Shown: piece after piece, positions 6,881-15,192 of the stretch
How the letters are laid out: every line of letters begins with the position of its first letter
Numbering within the stretch: position 1 is the first letter of the stretch
Assembly: GCA_018894495.1 (NCBI GenBank)
Contig: JAHIOY010000066.1
Span: 1 to 25,009, forward strand
Direction of reading: 5' to 3'
Length of the DNA: 25,009 nt
Source: Patescibacteria group bacterium
GTDB lineage: Bacteria; Patescibacteriota; Minisyncoccia; Minisyncoccales; JAHIOY01
The notes under the pieces: model-generated
Seen by the model: the letters and a program-made list of their open reading frames with translations, nothing else
Told to the model about the DNA's origin: nothing
Database searches by the model: none
Translations under genes and position numbers: made by a program

Positions 6881-7972
6881 CTAATGACAACCGATCTCCA
6901 CCCTATTGGTTGAGGGATTGCCGATGGTGCAGACATTAGAGCAATATATTGATGGGGGTCCGACGTCGTACCATTTGCTCCATTGGTTATATAAGCAGTC
7001 ACCGCAGTTGACGGGGCCGAAGCCGGCGCCGCAGTTATATTTTTGGATTGCGGCGGTGTTGGACCACGTGGTGGGGCCACTAGATATGTTGCCCCCGCAG
7101 CTGTCGCCGCCCCATGTGGCGATTGTATAGCGTTGCCAACTGGCTGCTTGTATCCATGTAGCCGGGCAGTCGGTGGCCGTATATTTACAGAAAGTATATG
7201 TGCCATCTGTGACTATTATTCCACCTCCTTCTGTGCATAGCACTTCGTTGTGCGTTGAACCAGGGTATGTCAGAGGTAATGGGGGCGTTGCGCTTACTTC
7301 AGCAGATTTGACACCTTCGCCAATTGCGTTAATTGCCGAGACTTTGTAATAATAAGTGCCGCCGGTAAGGGCTGTATCGGTGAAAGAAGTAGCGGCTGAA
7401 CCAACATTAGTAAGATAAATTTCCGAGCCGGAAGAAATACTCCTGTAAACCTTGTAATCCGTAATGGCCCTGCCATTATCAGTTGGAGCAGACCAAGACA
7501 GAGAGACTTGGGAATTGCCGGGGGTAGCTGAGAGGTTGGTGACTTGGGAAGGCGCCGCGGCACCGCTCGTCAAGATGACATACGACTGGCCGTTTATGGA
7601 AACTTTGAGGTCTTTAGTAGTAGGGTCAAGATAAATCACTGCTTGATTTGGAGATGAAACTGCTGGTTGAGATATTGCCCTAAAAATCATTGCTCCATTT
7701 ACATCTAGCTTCGCCCCCGGGATTGTCGTCCCGATGCCGACATTGCCGTAAGGAACCAAGAGTCCATTAGCTAAAGTTCCGTCGGTATTTAACATTAGAT
7801 TACCTTGTTTGGATTGACCTATGGGACCAGCATTGATTGGGGCCGAGACATTGCCTGCTGGCGGGGCTGATGTTGGTTCTGTCCATGCATAAATGATAGC
7901 CACCACAAGGAGAGTGGCAATGACGATAGCTGGCAAGCCAGCCAAGAAAACTGACTTTATTTTTTGAAACAT
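6881..7972 (-). CDS. Membrane-anchored surface protein: N-terminal TM, WTEP..PP.GN..AP module, GNVGIGTT repeat, fibronectin type III domain, Cys-rich C-terminal domain
   Basis: Hydrophobic N-terminus; FN3 pattern PSQVTNLSATPGNSQVSLSWSAP...YKVYR...FTDT...YYYKVSAIN; many Cys in the last ~120 aa. Confidence 0.85.
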   Translation of the reverse strand: MFQKIKSVFLAGLPAIVIATLLVVAIIYAWTEPTSAPPAGNVSAPINAGPIGQSKQGNLMLNTDGTLANGLLVPYGNVGIGTTIPGAKLDVNGAMIFRAISQPAVSSPNQAVIYLDPTTKDLKVSINGQSYVILTSGAAAPSQVTNLSATPGNSQVSLSWSAPTDNGRAITDYKVYRSISSGSEIYLTNVGSAATSFTDTALTGGTYYYKVSAINAIGEGVKSAEVSATPPLPLTYPGSTHNEVLCTEGGGIIVTDGTYTFCKYTATDCPATWIQAASWQRYTIATWGGDSCGGNISSGPTTWSNTAAIQKYNCGAGFGPVNCGDCLYNQWSKWYDVGPPSIYCSNVCTIGNPSTNRVEIGCH

Positions 7973-8050
7973 GGTTTTTTAAAATTTTTAATTTCTAATT
8001 CTTCAATTTTTAAACGGGAAATCTGATTGAAAATTTTATTGTTGCGACCT

Positions 8051-8380
8051 TTATTTTGGCGGGGTTAATTTCTTTAAAATTTCTTCAGCGGTTTTTGAAG
8101 TTTCTTTTGTTGGAGAAGAGAGATTCTTAAAGGTCTCTTCCAAGTCCTTTCTTTCTTTTTCAGAAAGGGGTTGAGGCGGAGTTAGAGCTCTTAAAATCTC
8201 TTGAGGGGTTTTTTCTTTTTTAATTTTGATAATGGGCTGATAGATTTCTTTTTCAATTTCTGGCATTCTTGAGAAACGCCATATTAAGACAAAAGAAATT
8301 AAACTAACTAAAATAATAATGCTAAAATAGAGAAAGGATTTTTTGTCTTTTGTTGATTGAAATTTTAGAGTTTTCCACAT
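8051..8380 (-). CDS. Small membrane-anchored hypothetical protein
   Basis: One TM segment; duplicated motif KTxxEILxxLTPP. Confidence 0.75.
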   Translation of the reverse strand: MWKTLKFQSTKDKKSFLYFSIIILVSLISFVLIWRFSRMPEIEKEIYQPIIKIKKEKTPQEILRALTPPQPLSEKERKDLEETFKNLSSPTKETSKTAEEILKKLTPPK

Positions 8381-8381
8381 C

Positions 8382-9170
8382 TTATATTAAAATACTCTTA
8401 ACTGGTTCAAATGTCAAACGGTGAATAGCCGAGGGGCCATATTTTTTTAGCATAGCCCGATGTTTTTTTGTTGGATATCCTTTGTGTTGGGCAAAACCAT
8501 ATTGGGGGTATTTCTTGTGATACCTTTTCATTATTTTATCCCGCCAGACCTTTGCCAAAATGCTTGCCGCGGCGCAGGAAAAAACTTTTTCATCTCCTTT
8601 GATAATTGACTTTTGAGGGATTTTCACATCAATTTTAAAGTTCCCATCTAAAATTAAAAAATCAACCTTACCACTTAACCAGCGATCGCCGTTTAAGTGG
8701 TAAAATTGGTGACAGCCCGCCCTCTGCAATTTTTTTCCTAAGTTTTTAATTGCTTTAATCATCGCCAATTTCGTCGCCTCCAAAATGTTAATTTTATCAA
8801 TCACTTTTTCTGAAACCCTGCCTATCCCCCACTCAATTTTAGGATGCGTAGTTAATATCTTATAGAATTTTTCTCGCGCCTTTGGAGAAAGTTTCTTAGA
8901 GTCACGAAGTTTTAAATCCGAAATCCGAAATCCGAAATCCGAAACAATATTTAAATTCAAAATTCTAAATTCTAAACTGTTTTGAATTTGGGATTTAGAT
9001 ATTAGGATTTGTTTCGAATTTCGTGCTTCGTGCTTCGGATTTTTAATCATTACTGCCCCTGCGACTACCGGTCCTGCGAGCGGACCTCTCCCTACCTCAT
9101 CTAATCCCACCACTCTTTTATATCCCCTTCTCCATAATTTTCTTTCTTCAAAAAAATTTGGATATTTCAT
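8382..9170 (-). CDS. rnhB: Ribonuclease HII with two in-frame hairpin-derived insertions
   Basis: GLDEVGRGPLAGPVVA, RDSKKLS, DG, KGDEK..SCAAASILAKV.RD, HKGYPT motifs. Confidence 0.96.
   Translation of the reverse strand: MKYPNFFEERKLWRRGYKRVVGLDEVGRGPLAGPVVAGAVMIKNPKHEARNSKQILISKSQIQNSLEFRILNLNIVSDFGFRISDLKLRDSKKLSPKAREKFYKILTTHPKIEWGIGRVSEKVIDKINILEATKLAMIKAIKNLGKKLQRAGCHQFYHLNGDRWLSGKVDFLILDGNFKIDVKIPQKSIIKGDEKVFSCAAASILAKVWRDKIMKRYHKKYPQYGFAQHKGYPTKKHRAMLKKYGPSAIHRLTFEPVKSILI
8913..9044. repeat. Family A heptamer hairpin inserted in frame in rnhB (about 44 codons)
   Basis: (aaatccg)x4 arm and ttcgtgcttcgtgcttcgg arm; encodes KNPKHEARNSKQ...SDFGFRISDL. Confidence 0.88.
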
Positions 9171-9270
9171 AAAATTATTGTATTATTAAATTATTATATC
9201 ATATTCTTTACATCCTTTTCTTTTTCTAAAATTTTTTCTATAATAAGAGAGCGTTGAGTAATTGAGCGGA

Positions 9271-9293
9271 ATGTTGAGGTTAGACCTCAACAT
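9271..9293. repeat. REP-like hairpin ATGTTGAGGT-TAG-ACCTCAACAT
   Basis: Perfect 10-bp stem; homolog at 18769-18793. Confidence 0.8.
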
Positions 9294-9318
9294 CTTCCAA
9301 ATAGTAAGAGTGTTGAAC

Positions 9319-9358
9319 TTCGTTAAAAATCAATCTTTATTGATTTTTAGACTATGAA
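9319..9358 (+). repeat. 40-bp hairpin-containing direct repeat, copy 1
   Basis: ttcgttaaaaatcaat-cttt-attgatttttagactatgaa. Confidence 0.9.
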
Positions 9359-10028
9359 TAATAATAATATTTTAAGCCAGGCAGAAATTGAAAAGGAGCT
9401 AATGTCGGCTGAGGTAGCTGGCAGAGGAGCTAATTTCAACAAAAAAATAATTAAAGAAATTAACCTTTCGGAAACGGAGATTAAAACACCCGTTTCATTT
9501 GAAGGGACAAAGTTTTTAGGCCGGGCTTATTTTAATAAAACAATTTTTGACGGCGATTTAATTCTCAAATCAGCTATTTTTAACACCGGTCTCTATTTAG
9601 GAGAGGCGATTTTAAAGGGAAACCTGCAGGGACAGGAACTCAGGGTAAGAGAATCAATCAATATGATTGGAATAAAAATAGAAAAAAATATCAATTTAGA
9701 GGCGGCTAAAATCAGGGGATTTTTCGGAATAAATAAGGCCGAAATCAGGGGCGATGTCAATTTTAAAAAAATAATTGTTTTAAATCTGGAAAGCCCGAGC
9801 GGAATTATTCCCGGGGACGTCTATTTCCAAAACACTAAAATAATGGGTTCGGTTGATTTGCAAGAAGCGCTCATCAGCGGCTTATTGGACCTCAGCGGCA
9901 TAATAATCGGGCATTCTTTAAATCTGACTAATGCTGAAATTAAAGAATATTTACTTTTGAAACAGGGTATAATAAACGGAGAGGTTAAATTAAGCGGCTT
10001 GAAATATAAAGAGAAAATAATTCGTTAA
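9354..10028 (+). CDS. Hypothetical beta-helix / pentapeptide-like repeat protein
   Basis: About 11-residue periodic pattern (F/L-x-x-A-x-I-x-G-x-V/L) over most of its length. Confidence 0.7.
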   Translation: MNNNNILSQAEIEKELMSAEVAGRGANFNKKIIKEINLSETEIKTPVSFEGTKFLGRAYFNKTIFDGDLILKSAIFNTGLYLGEAILKGNLQGQELRVRESINMIGIKIEKNINLEAAKIRGFFGINKAEIRGDVNFKKIIVLNLESPSGIIPGDVYFQNTKIMGSVDLQEALISGLLDLSGIIIGHSLNLTNAEIKEYLLLKQGIINGEVKLSGLKYKEKIIR

Positions 10029-10060
10029 AAATCAATAAAGATTGATTTTTAGACTATGAA
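10021..10060 (+). repeat. 40-bp hairpin-containing direct repeat, copy 2 (loop reverse-complemented)
   Basis: ttcgttaaaaatcaat-aaag-attgatttttagactatgaa. Confidence 0.9.
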
Positions 10061-13000
10061 GTTCACTCATTTACACGTTCACTCCCACTACTCTCTTTTA
10101 GACGGCCTGCCGAAAATCAGCGAACTCTTGGACTATGTGAAAAAGAACGGAATGGATTCGGTTGCTTTAACCGACCATGGAAATATTTACGGCGCGGTTG
10201 AATTTTATAAAAAGGCAAAAGAAAAAGGAATAAAGCCCATTCTAGGCTGCGAATTCTATCAGGCAATTGAAAAGATGACCCAGGAGAGACCAAATATTGA
10301 TAATAAAAGATACCATCTAGTCTTATTGGTTAAAAATGAAATCGGCTACAAAAATTTGGTCAAACTGCTCACTAAAGCCAATCTGGAAGGATTTTATTAT
10401 AAGCCGCGTCTTGATGAGGACTTGCTGGCAGGGCACGCCGAAGGTTTAATTTGTTTATCCGCCTGCATAGTTGGAAAAATCCCAAAATTAATTTTGGCAA
10501 AAAACATTGAACAGGCGGAAAAAACCGCCCTCCTGTATAAAGAAATGTTTGGCAAAGATAATTTTTATTTAGAAATACAGGAGCACCCGAACCTCAAGGA
10601 GCAAAAAATTGTCAATGATGCCTTAATTTCTATTTCCAAAAAATGTGGAATTCCTCTGGTAGCCACCAATGATTGCCATTACCTAAAACCGGAAGACGCC
10701 AAGGCTCAGGATATATTAATGCTCATAAATACCAACTCCAATCCGAGCGACCCGGAACGACTAACAATGCGCGACGAGGACTTCTCAATGAAAAAACCTG
10801 AACAAATGTTTAAGGATTTCAAGGATTTTCCGGAAGCAGTCGCCAATACTCAAAAAATTGTAGATGCCTGCAACTTTGAATTTGCTTTAGGAAAAACAAA
10901 AATTCCTTCTTATCCCCTACAGGAAGGCAAAAACGCGGATGAAGAGCTTAAAGAATTATGCCTCCAGGGATTGGAAAAAAGAGGGCTCAAAGAAAGCAAA
11001 AAAATTACGGAGCGATTGGACTCGGAACTCTCAGTAATTAAACAAACCGGCTTTGCGTCCTATTTCTTAATTGTTCAAGACGTGGTTAATTGGGCAAAGA
11101 AAAACCGAATCGTGGTGGGTCCCGGCCGGGGTTCAGCCCCCGGCTCCTTAGTTTCCTACCTGCTCAATATCACCGCCATTGACCCCTTGAAATATAATTT
11201 ATTGTTTGAAAGATTTTTGAATTCGGGGAGAACGGCTGCTTCGCTTCCCGACATTGACCTGGATTTTAATGACAGGCGAAGAGACGAAGTGATTGACTAT
11301 GTTGCCCAAAAATATGGCCGAGAGCGCGTGGCTCAAATTATCACCTTTGGAACAATGGCTTCCAGAGCCGCGGTCAGGGATGTTGGAAGGGCTTTGGGAT
11401 ATAGTTACGGTTATTGCGACAAAATTGCCAAAATGATTCCCTCTGGATTAACCCTTGACCAAACCCTGGCCGGGGTTGAAGAATTTCGTCGGGAGTATCT
11501 ACAGGACTCTCAAACCCAAAAACTAGTGGACTTTGCCAAAAAATTGGAGGGTTGCGCCAGGCACGCCTCAACCCATGCCTGCGGAGTGGTCATATCAAAA
11601 GACCCCTTAGACGATATTGTGCCTTTACAGCGCCCAACTCAAGACGCTAAGGCAATTATCACTCAGTATGAAATGCATTCAATTGAGGACTTGGGATTGT
11701 TAAAAATGGATTTTCTGGGCTTGAAAAATTTGACAATCATTGAAGACACTTTATCGCGGATTTATAAAGTTCAGGGAAAAAACGTTGTTCTTGAAAAAAT
11801 TCCTTTAGATGATAAAACAACTTACAAACTTTTCCAAAAAGGAGGGACAATTGGGGTCTTTCAATGCGAATCAGAGGGTTTTAGAAAATATTTAAAACAA
11901 TTAAAGCCAACTGAATTTGAAGATATCGTGGCAATGGTCGCTCTTTATCGGCCTGGTCCCATGCAGTTTATTGAAGATTATATTTTGGGAAAGCATAAAA
12001 AAAGGCGCCTTGAATATCTGCATCCAAAATTGAAACCGATTTTAGAAACAACTCAGGGTATTTGCATTTTTCAAGAGCAGTTAATGCAGATTGCTCAAAA
12101 ATTAGCCGGATTCACTTTGGCTGAAGCCGATGTTTTAAGAAAAGCGGTTGGAAAAAAAATAAGGTCATTGCTTTTGGAACAAGAGGAAAAAATGTTAGCC
12201 GGAATGATAAAAAACGGGGTAGAAGAAGAAACCGCTAAGAAGCTCTGGAATTGGGTTTTACCTTTTGCGAGATATGGTTTCAATCGCGCCCACAGTTGCT
12301 CCTACGCTATGCTCGCCTATCAGACGGCTTATTTAAAATCCAATTTCCCGGTTGAATTTATGGCTTCGCTTTTGACTTCGGAAAAAGTAGAGGTGGAAAG
12401 AATCGGTTTTTTAATTGGCGAGTGCAAAAAAATGGGAATCGAGGTCTTGCCGCCGGATATAAATGAGAGTTTGGAAAACTTTACCGTTGTCCCGCCAAAA
12501 AAAATTCGTTTTGGCTTGTTAGCGATAAAAAACGTTGGTTCTAACATCGCCAGGGCCATTGCCGCAGAAAGAAAAGCGTCAGGTCCCTATAACTCAATTA
12601 CTAATTTTCTGAACAGAATTAATTCCAAAGACCTGAACAAAAAGTCATTGGAAAGTTTAATCAAAGCCGGTGTCTTTGATAAGTTTGCCGAGAGAAATCA
12701 GCTTTTAGTTAATCTGGAAAAACTGCTGGAAATAACTCGGGAAACCCAAAAAACAAAAGCCAATGGTCAGAAAGGGCTTTTTGACGGATTTTCTTCCAAT
12801 AACGAATTTCGCCTGACTCCAGCCAAGCCCGCTTCAAAGTCAGAAAAATTAAAATGGGAAAAAGAACTCTTGGGACTTTTTGTCTCTTCTCATCCTTTAG
12901 ATGATTTTCAGAAAATTTTGGAAAAAAAATCGCTGGCCATATCAAAAGTAAAATCATTGATCGCTTCCAACCGAATAATTAAAATCGGCGGGGTCATTTC

Positions 13001-13223
13001 TAAAATCAAAAAAATAATCACCAGAGCGGGAAGACCAATGCTCTTTATGAGTTTAGAGGACTTAACCGATAAGATAGAGGTGGTTGTTTTCCCGGGGTCA
13101 ATTGAGAAAAATCCGGCCGCTTTTCAGGAAAACAAAATTGTCTTTGTTTCCGGAAGGGTGAACACCAGAGACGGCGCCTCAAAAATAATTTGCGAAAATA
13201 TAGAAGAAATCATAGAAACGTAA
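10056..13223 (+). CDS. dnaE: DNA polymerase III alpha subunit
   Basis: PHP domain HLHVHSHYSLLDG; GRGSAPGS; PDIDLDF; KMDFLGL; YGFNRAHS; OB fold. No intein seen. Confidence 0.99.
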   Translation: MKFTHLHVHSHYSLLDGLPKISELLDYVKKNGMDSVALTDHGNIYGAVEFYKKAKEKGIKPILGCEFYQAIEKMTQERPNIDNKRYHLVLLVKNEIGYKNLVKLLTKANLEGFYYKPRLDEDLLAGHAEGLICLSACIVGKIPKLILAKNIEQAEKTALLYKEMFGKDNFYLEIQEHPNLKEQKIVNDALISISKKCGIPLVATNDCHYLKPEDAKAQDILMLINTNSNPSDPERLTMRDEDFSMKKPEQMFKDFKDFPEAVANTQKIVDACNFEFALGKTKIPSYPLQEGKNADEELKELCLQGLEKRGLKESKKITERLDSELSVIKQTGFASYFLIVQDVVNWAKKNRIVVGPGRGSAPGSLVSYLLNITAIDPLKYNLLFERFLNSGRTAASLPDIDLDFNDRRRDEVIDYVAQKYGRERVAQIITFGTMASRAAVRDVGRALGYSYGYCDKIAKMIPSGLTLDQTLAGVEEFRREYLQDSQTQKLVDFAKKLEGCARHASTHACGVVISKDPLDDIVPLQRPTQDAKAIITQYEMHSIEDLGLLKMDFLGLKNLTIIEDTLSRIYKVQGKNVVLEKIPLDDKTTYKLFQKGGTIGVFQCESEGFRKYLKQLKPTEFEDIVAMVALYRPGPMQFIEDYILGKHKKRRLEYLHPKLKPILETTQGICIFQEQLMQIAQKLAGFTLAEADVLRKAVGKKIRSLLLEQEEKMLAGMIKNGVEEETAKKLWNWVLPFARYGFNRAHSCSYAMLAYQTAYLKSNFPVEFMASLLTSEKVEVERIGFLIGECKKMGIEVLPPDINESLENFTVVPPKKIRFGLLAIKNVGSNIARAIAAERKASGPYNSITNFLNRINSKDLNKKSLESLIKAGVFDKFAERNQLLVNLEKLLEITRETQKTKANGQKGLFDGFSSNNEFRLTPAKPASKSEKLKWEKELLGLFVSSHPLDDFQKILEKKSLAISKVKSLIASNRIIKIGGVISKIKKIITRAGRPMLFMSLEDLTDKIEVVVFPGSIEKNPAAFQENKIVFVSGRVNTRDGASKIICENIEEIIET

Positions 13224-15035
13224 ATGACTATTGAAACAATTAGACATTCATTGGCACACATAATGGCAACTGCGGTGCAAGAATTGTATCCTGGCGCCAA
13301 ATTTGGCATTGGGCCGGCAATTGAAAACGGATTCTACTACGACTTTGCTTTGCCCGCCGACTTGTCCGCCGTAGCTTTAGCGAAGGTGGAAGCCTTTGGT
13401 GAAGGCGGGACTATTACTCCGGAGGATTTGCCGAAGATTGAAAAGAAAATGAGAGAATTAATTAAACAAAACATTTTTTTCAAAAAAGAAAAGTTGGCGA
13501 GGTTTGACGTCGCCAAACTATTTAAAAATCAACCCTATAAATTAGAACTAATTGAGGAAATTGCACGGGTGCAACCCGTGTCAATTTACGCATCAGGGGG
13601 CTTTGTTGATTTGTGCAAGGGACCGCATATCAAATCAACCCTTCAATTACATTCAGGGGAAGCCAAAGAAATAATTGATGCTTTCAAATTAACTAAAATT
13701 GCCGGCGCTTATTGGCGGGGTTCAGAAAAAAATCCGATGCTCACCAGAATTTACGGCATTGCTTTTCCGAGTAAACAAGAACTAGACGATTACTTAAGAC
13801 ACCAGGCAGAGAAAGAAAAACGAGACCACAGAATTTTAGGGGAAAAATTAGAACTGTTTATGATTGACGAGAAAATAGGAAAGGGCCTTCCGTTGTGGCT
13901 TCCCAAAGGATATTTTATCAGACATTTAATAGAAGATTATATTTATAAATTAGAACTAAAAAACGGATACCAGCATGTTTTAACCCCGCATTTAGCCAAG
14001 GAGGACTTGTATAAGACCTCAGGCCATTTGGCTCATTACAAAGAAAATATGTACGCGCCGATTGAAATTGAGGGAGAAAGATATTATTTGAAACCGATGA
14101 ATTGTCCGCACCACCACTCAATTTATAAAAACAAAATCCGCAGTTATCGCGATTTGCCATTAAGAATCGCGGAATTTGGGACGGTTTATCGCTACGAACG
14201 GTCCGGCGTGTTAAGCGGATTAATCCGCGTGCGCGGATTTACCCAAAACGACGCCCATATATATGTAACGCCGGAAAAATTAGAACAAGAAATTATTAAT
14301 TTCCTAAAATTGCACAAAAAGGTCTACGAGGATTTTAAAATTTCCAATTATTGGTTCAGATTATCGCTTCCCGATTTTAAAAACAAGGAAAAATTTGGCG
14401 ACATAAAAAATAAAAAAATGTGGGAAGAGGGGTCAACGGTTTTAGAAAGGGTCTTGAAAAAATTTGGCGTTAAATTCATTAAAGCCGAGGGCGAGGCCAC
14501 TTTTTACGGGCCGAAAATAGACATTCAAATCAAAAACATTCAAGGCAAGGAAGATACTATTGCCACAATCCAAGTTGATTATTATTCGGCTAATAAATTT
14601 AATTTGTCTTACATTGACAAAGACGGCAAAGAAAAACCGGTCATAGTTATCCATCGGGCGATACTCGGCTCTTTTGACAGATTTTTCGCTTTTCTGCTCG
14701 AGCAGACCGCTGGCGCTTTTCCGGTTTGGCTGGCCCCGGTCCAAGCGCGAATCATTCCAATTTCTGCTGAAAAACATCTTGACTATGCCAAAAAAATTTA
14801 CAATGAACTTTTGAAACAAGATATAAGGGCTGAATTAGACGAATCAAACGAGACCTTAGGCAAAAAAATCCGCAACGGAGAAATGCAAAAAATCCCCTAT
14901 CTTTTGGTTGTTGGCGACAAAGAAATGAAGGCAAAATCAGTCGGGGTCAGAGAAAGAGGCAAGGGCGACATTGGTATGATGAATTTGACTAAATTTTTGG
15001 AAAAGGCGAAAATAGAAATAGAAAAAAAGAAGTAA
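13224..15035 (+). CDS. thrS: Threonyl-tRNA synthetase
   Basis: RHSLAHIMA, DLCKGPH, KPMNCPHH, YRYERSG, VIHRAILGS..RF. Confidence 0.99.
   Translation: MTIETIRHSLAHIMATAVQELYPGAKFGIGPAIENGFYYDFALPADLSAVALAKVEAFGEGGTITPEDLPKIEKKMRELIKQNIFFKKEKLARFDVAKLFKNQPYKLELIEEIARVQPVSIYASGGFVDLCKGPHIKSTLQLHSGEAKEIIDAFKLTKIAGAYWRGSEKNPMLTRIYGIAFPSKQELDDYLRHQAEKEKRDHRILGEKLELFMIDEKIGKGLPLWLPKGYFIRHLIEDYIYKLELKNGYQHVLTPHLAKEDLYKTSGHLAHYKENMYAPIEIEGERYYLKPMNCPHHHSIYKNKIRSYRDLPLRIAEFGTVYRYERSGVLSGLIRVRGFTQNDAHIYVTPEKLEQEIINFLKLHKKVYEDFKISNYWFRLSLPDFKNKEKFGDIKNKKMWEEGSTVLERVLKKFGVKFIKAEGEATFYGPKIDIQIKNIQGKEDTIATIQVDYYSANKFNLSYIDKDGKEKPVIVIHRAILGSFDRFFAFLLEQTAGAFPVWLAPVQARIIPISAEKHLDYAKKIYNELLKQDIRAELDESNETLGKKIRNGEMQKIPYLLVVGDKEMKAKSVGVRERGKGDIGMMNLTKFLEKAKIEIEKKK
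13353..13409. repeat. 57-nt nested hairpin inserted in frame in thrS (PADLSAVALAKVEAFGEGG)
   Basis: cccgcc...ggcggg outer stem and tccgcc...ggtgga inner stem; exactly 19 codons. Confidence 0.75.
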
Positions 15036-15157
15036 TCAACGAATATCGAATCAATTACGAATAAACGAATAAACGAATTCGCAAATTCGTAATAAATTCG
15101 TTTTTCGCTGATTTGTTTATTCGCAAATTCGTAAAGAATTCGTTATTCGCTGATTTC
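15034..15157. repeat. CGAAT-rich hairpin ('family C') after thrS
   Basis: 15127-15155 is the reverse complement of 24661-24689 at 28/29 nt. Confidence 0.85.
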
Positions 15158-15192
15158 AAAAGGTCGAAAAAAATTATAAACTATAAAAATTT

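Noticed and set aside
6881-7260. Diversity-generating retroelement target in the Cys-rich C-terminus
   Set aside because: No reverse transcriptase and no template/variable repeat pair visible in the window; it cannot be excluded in trans.
6510-10060. CRISPR interpretation of the short direct repeats
   Set aside because: Only 2-3 copies each, irregular or gene-length spacing, and no cas genes.
10056-13223. Intein or repeat insertion in dnaE
   Set aside because: Length (1055 aa) and contiguous motifs, including FNRAHS, show no insertion.
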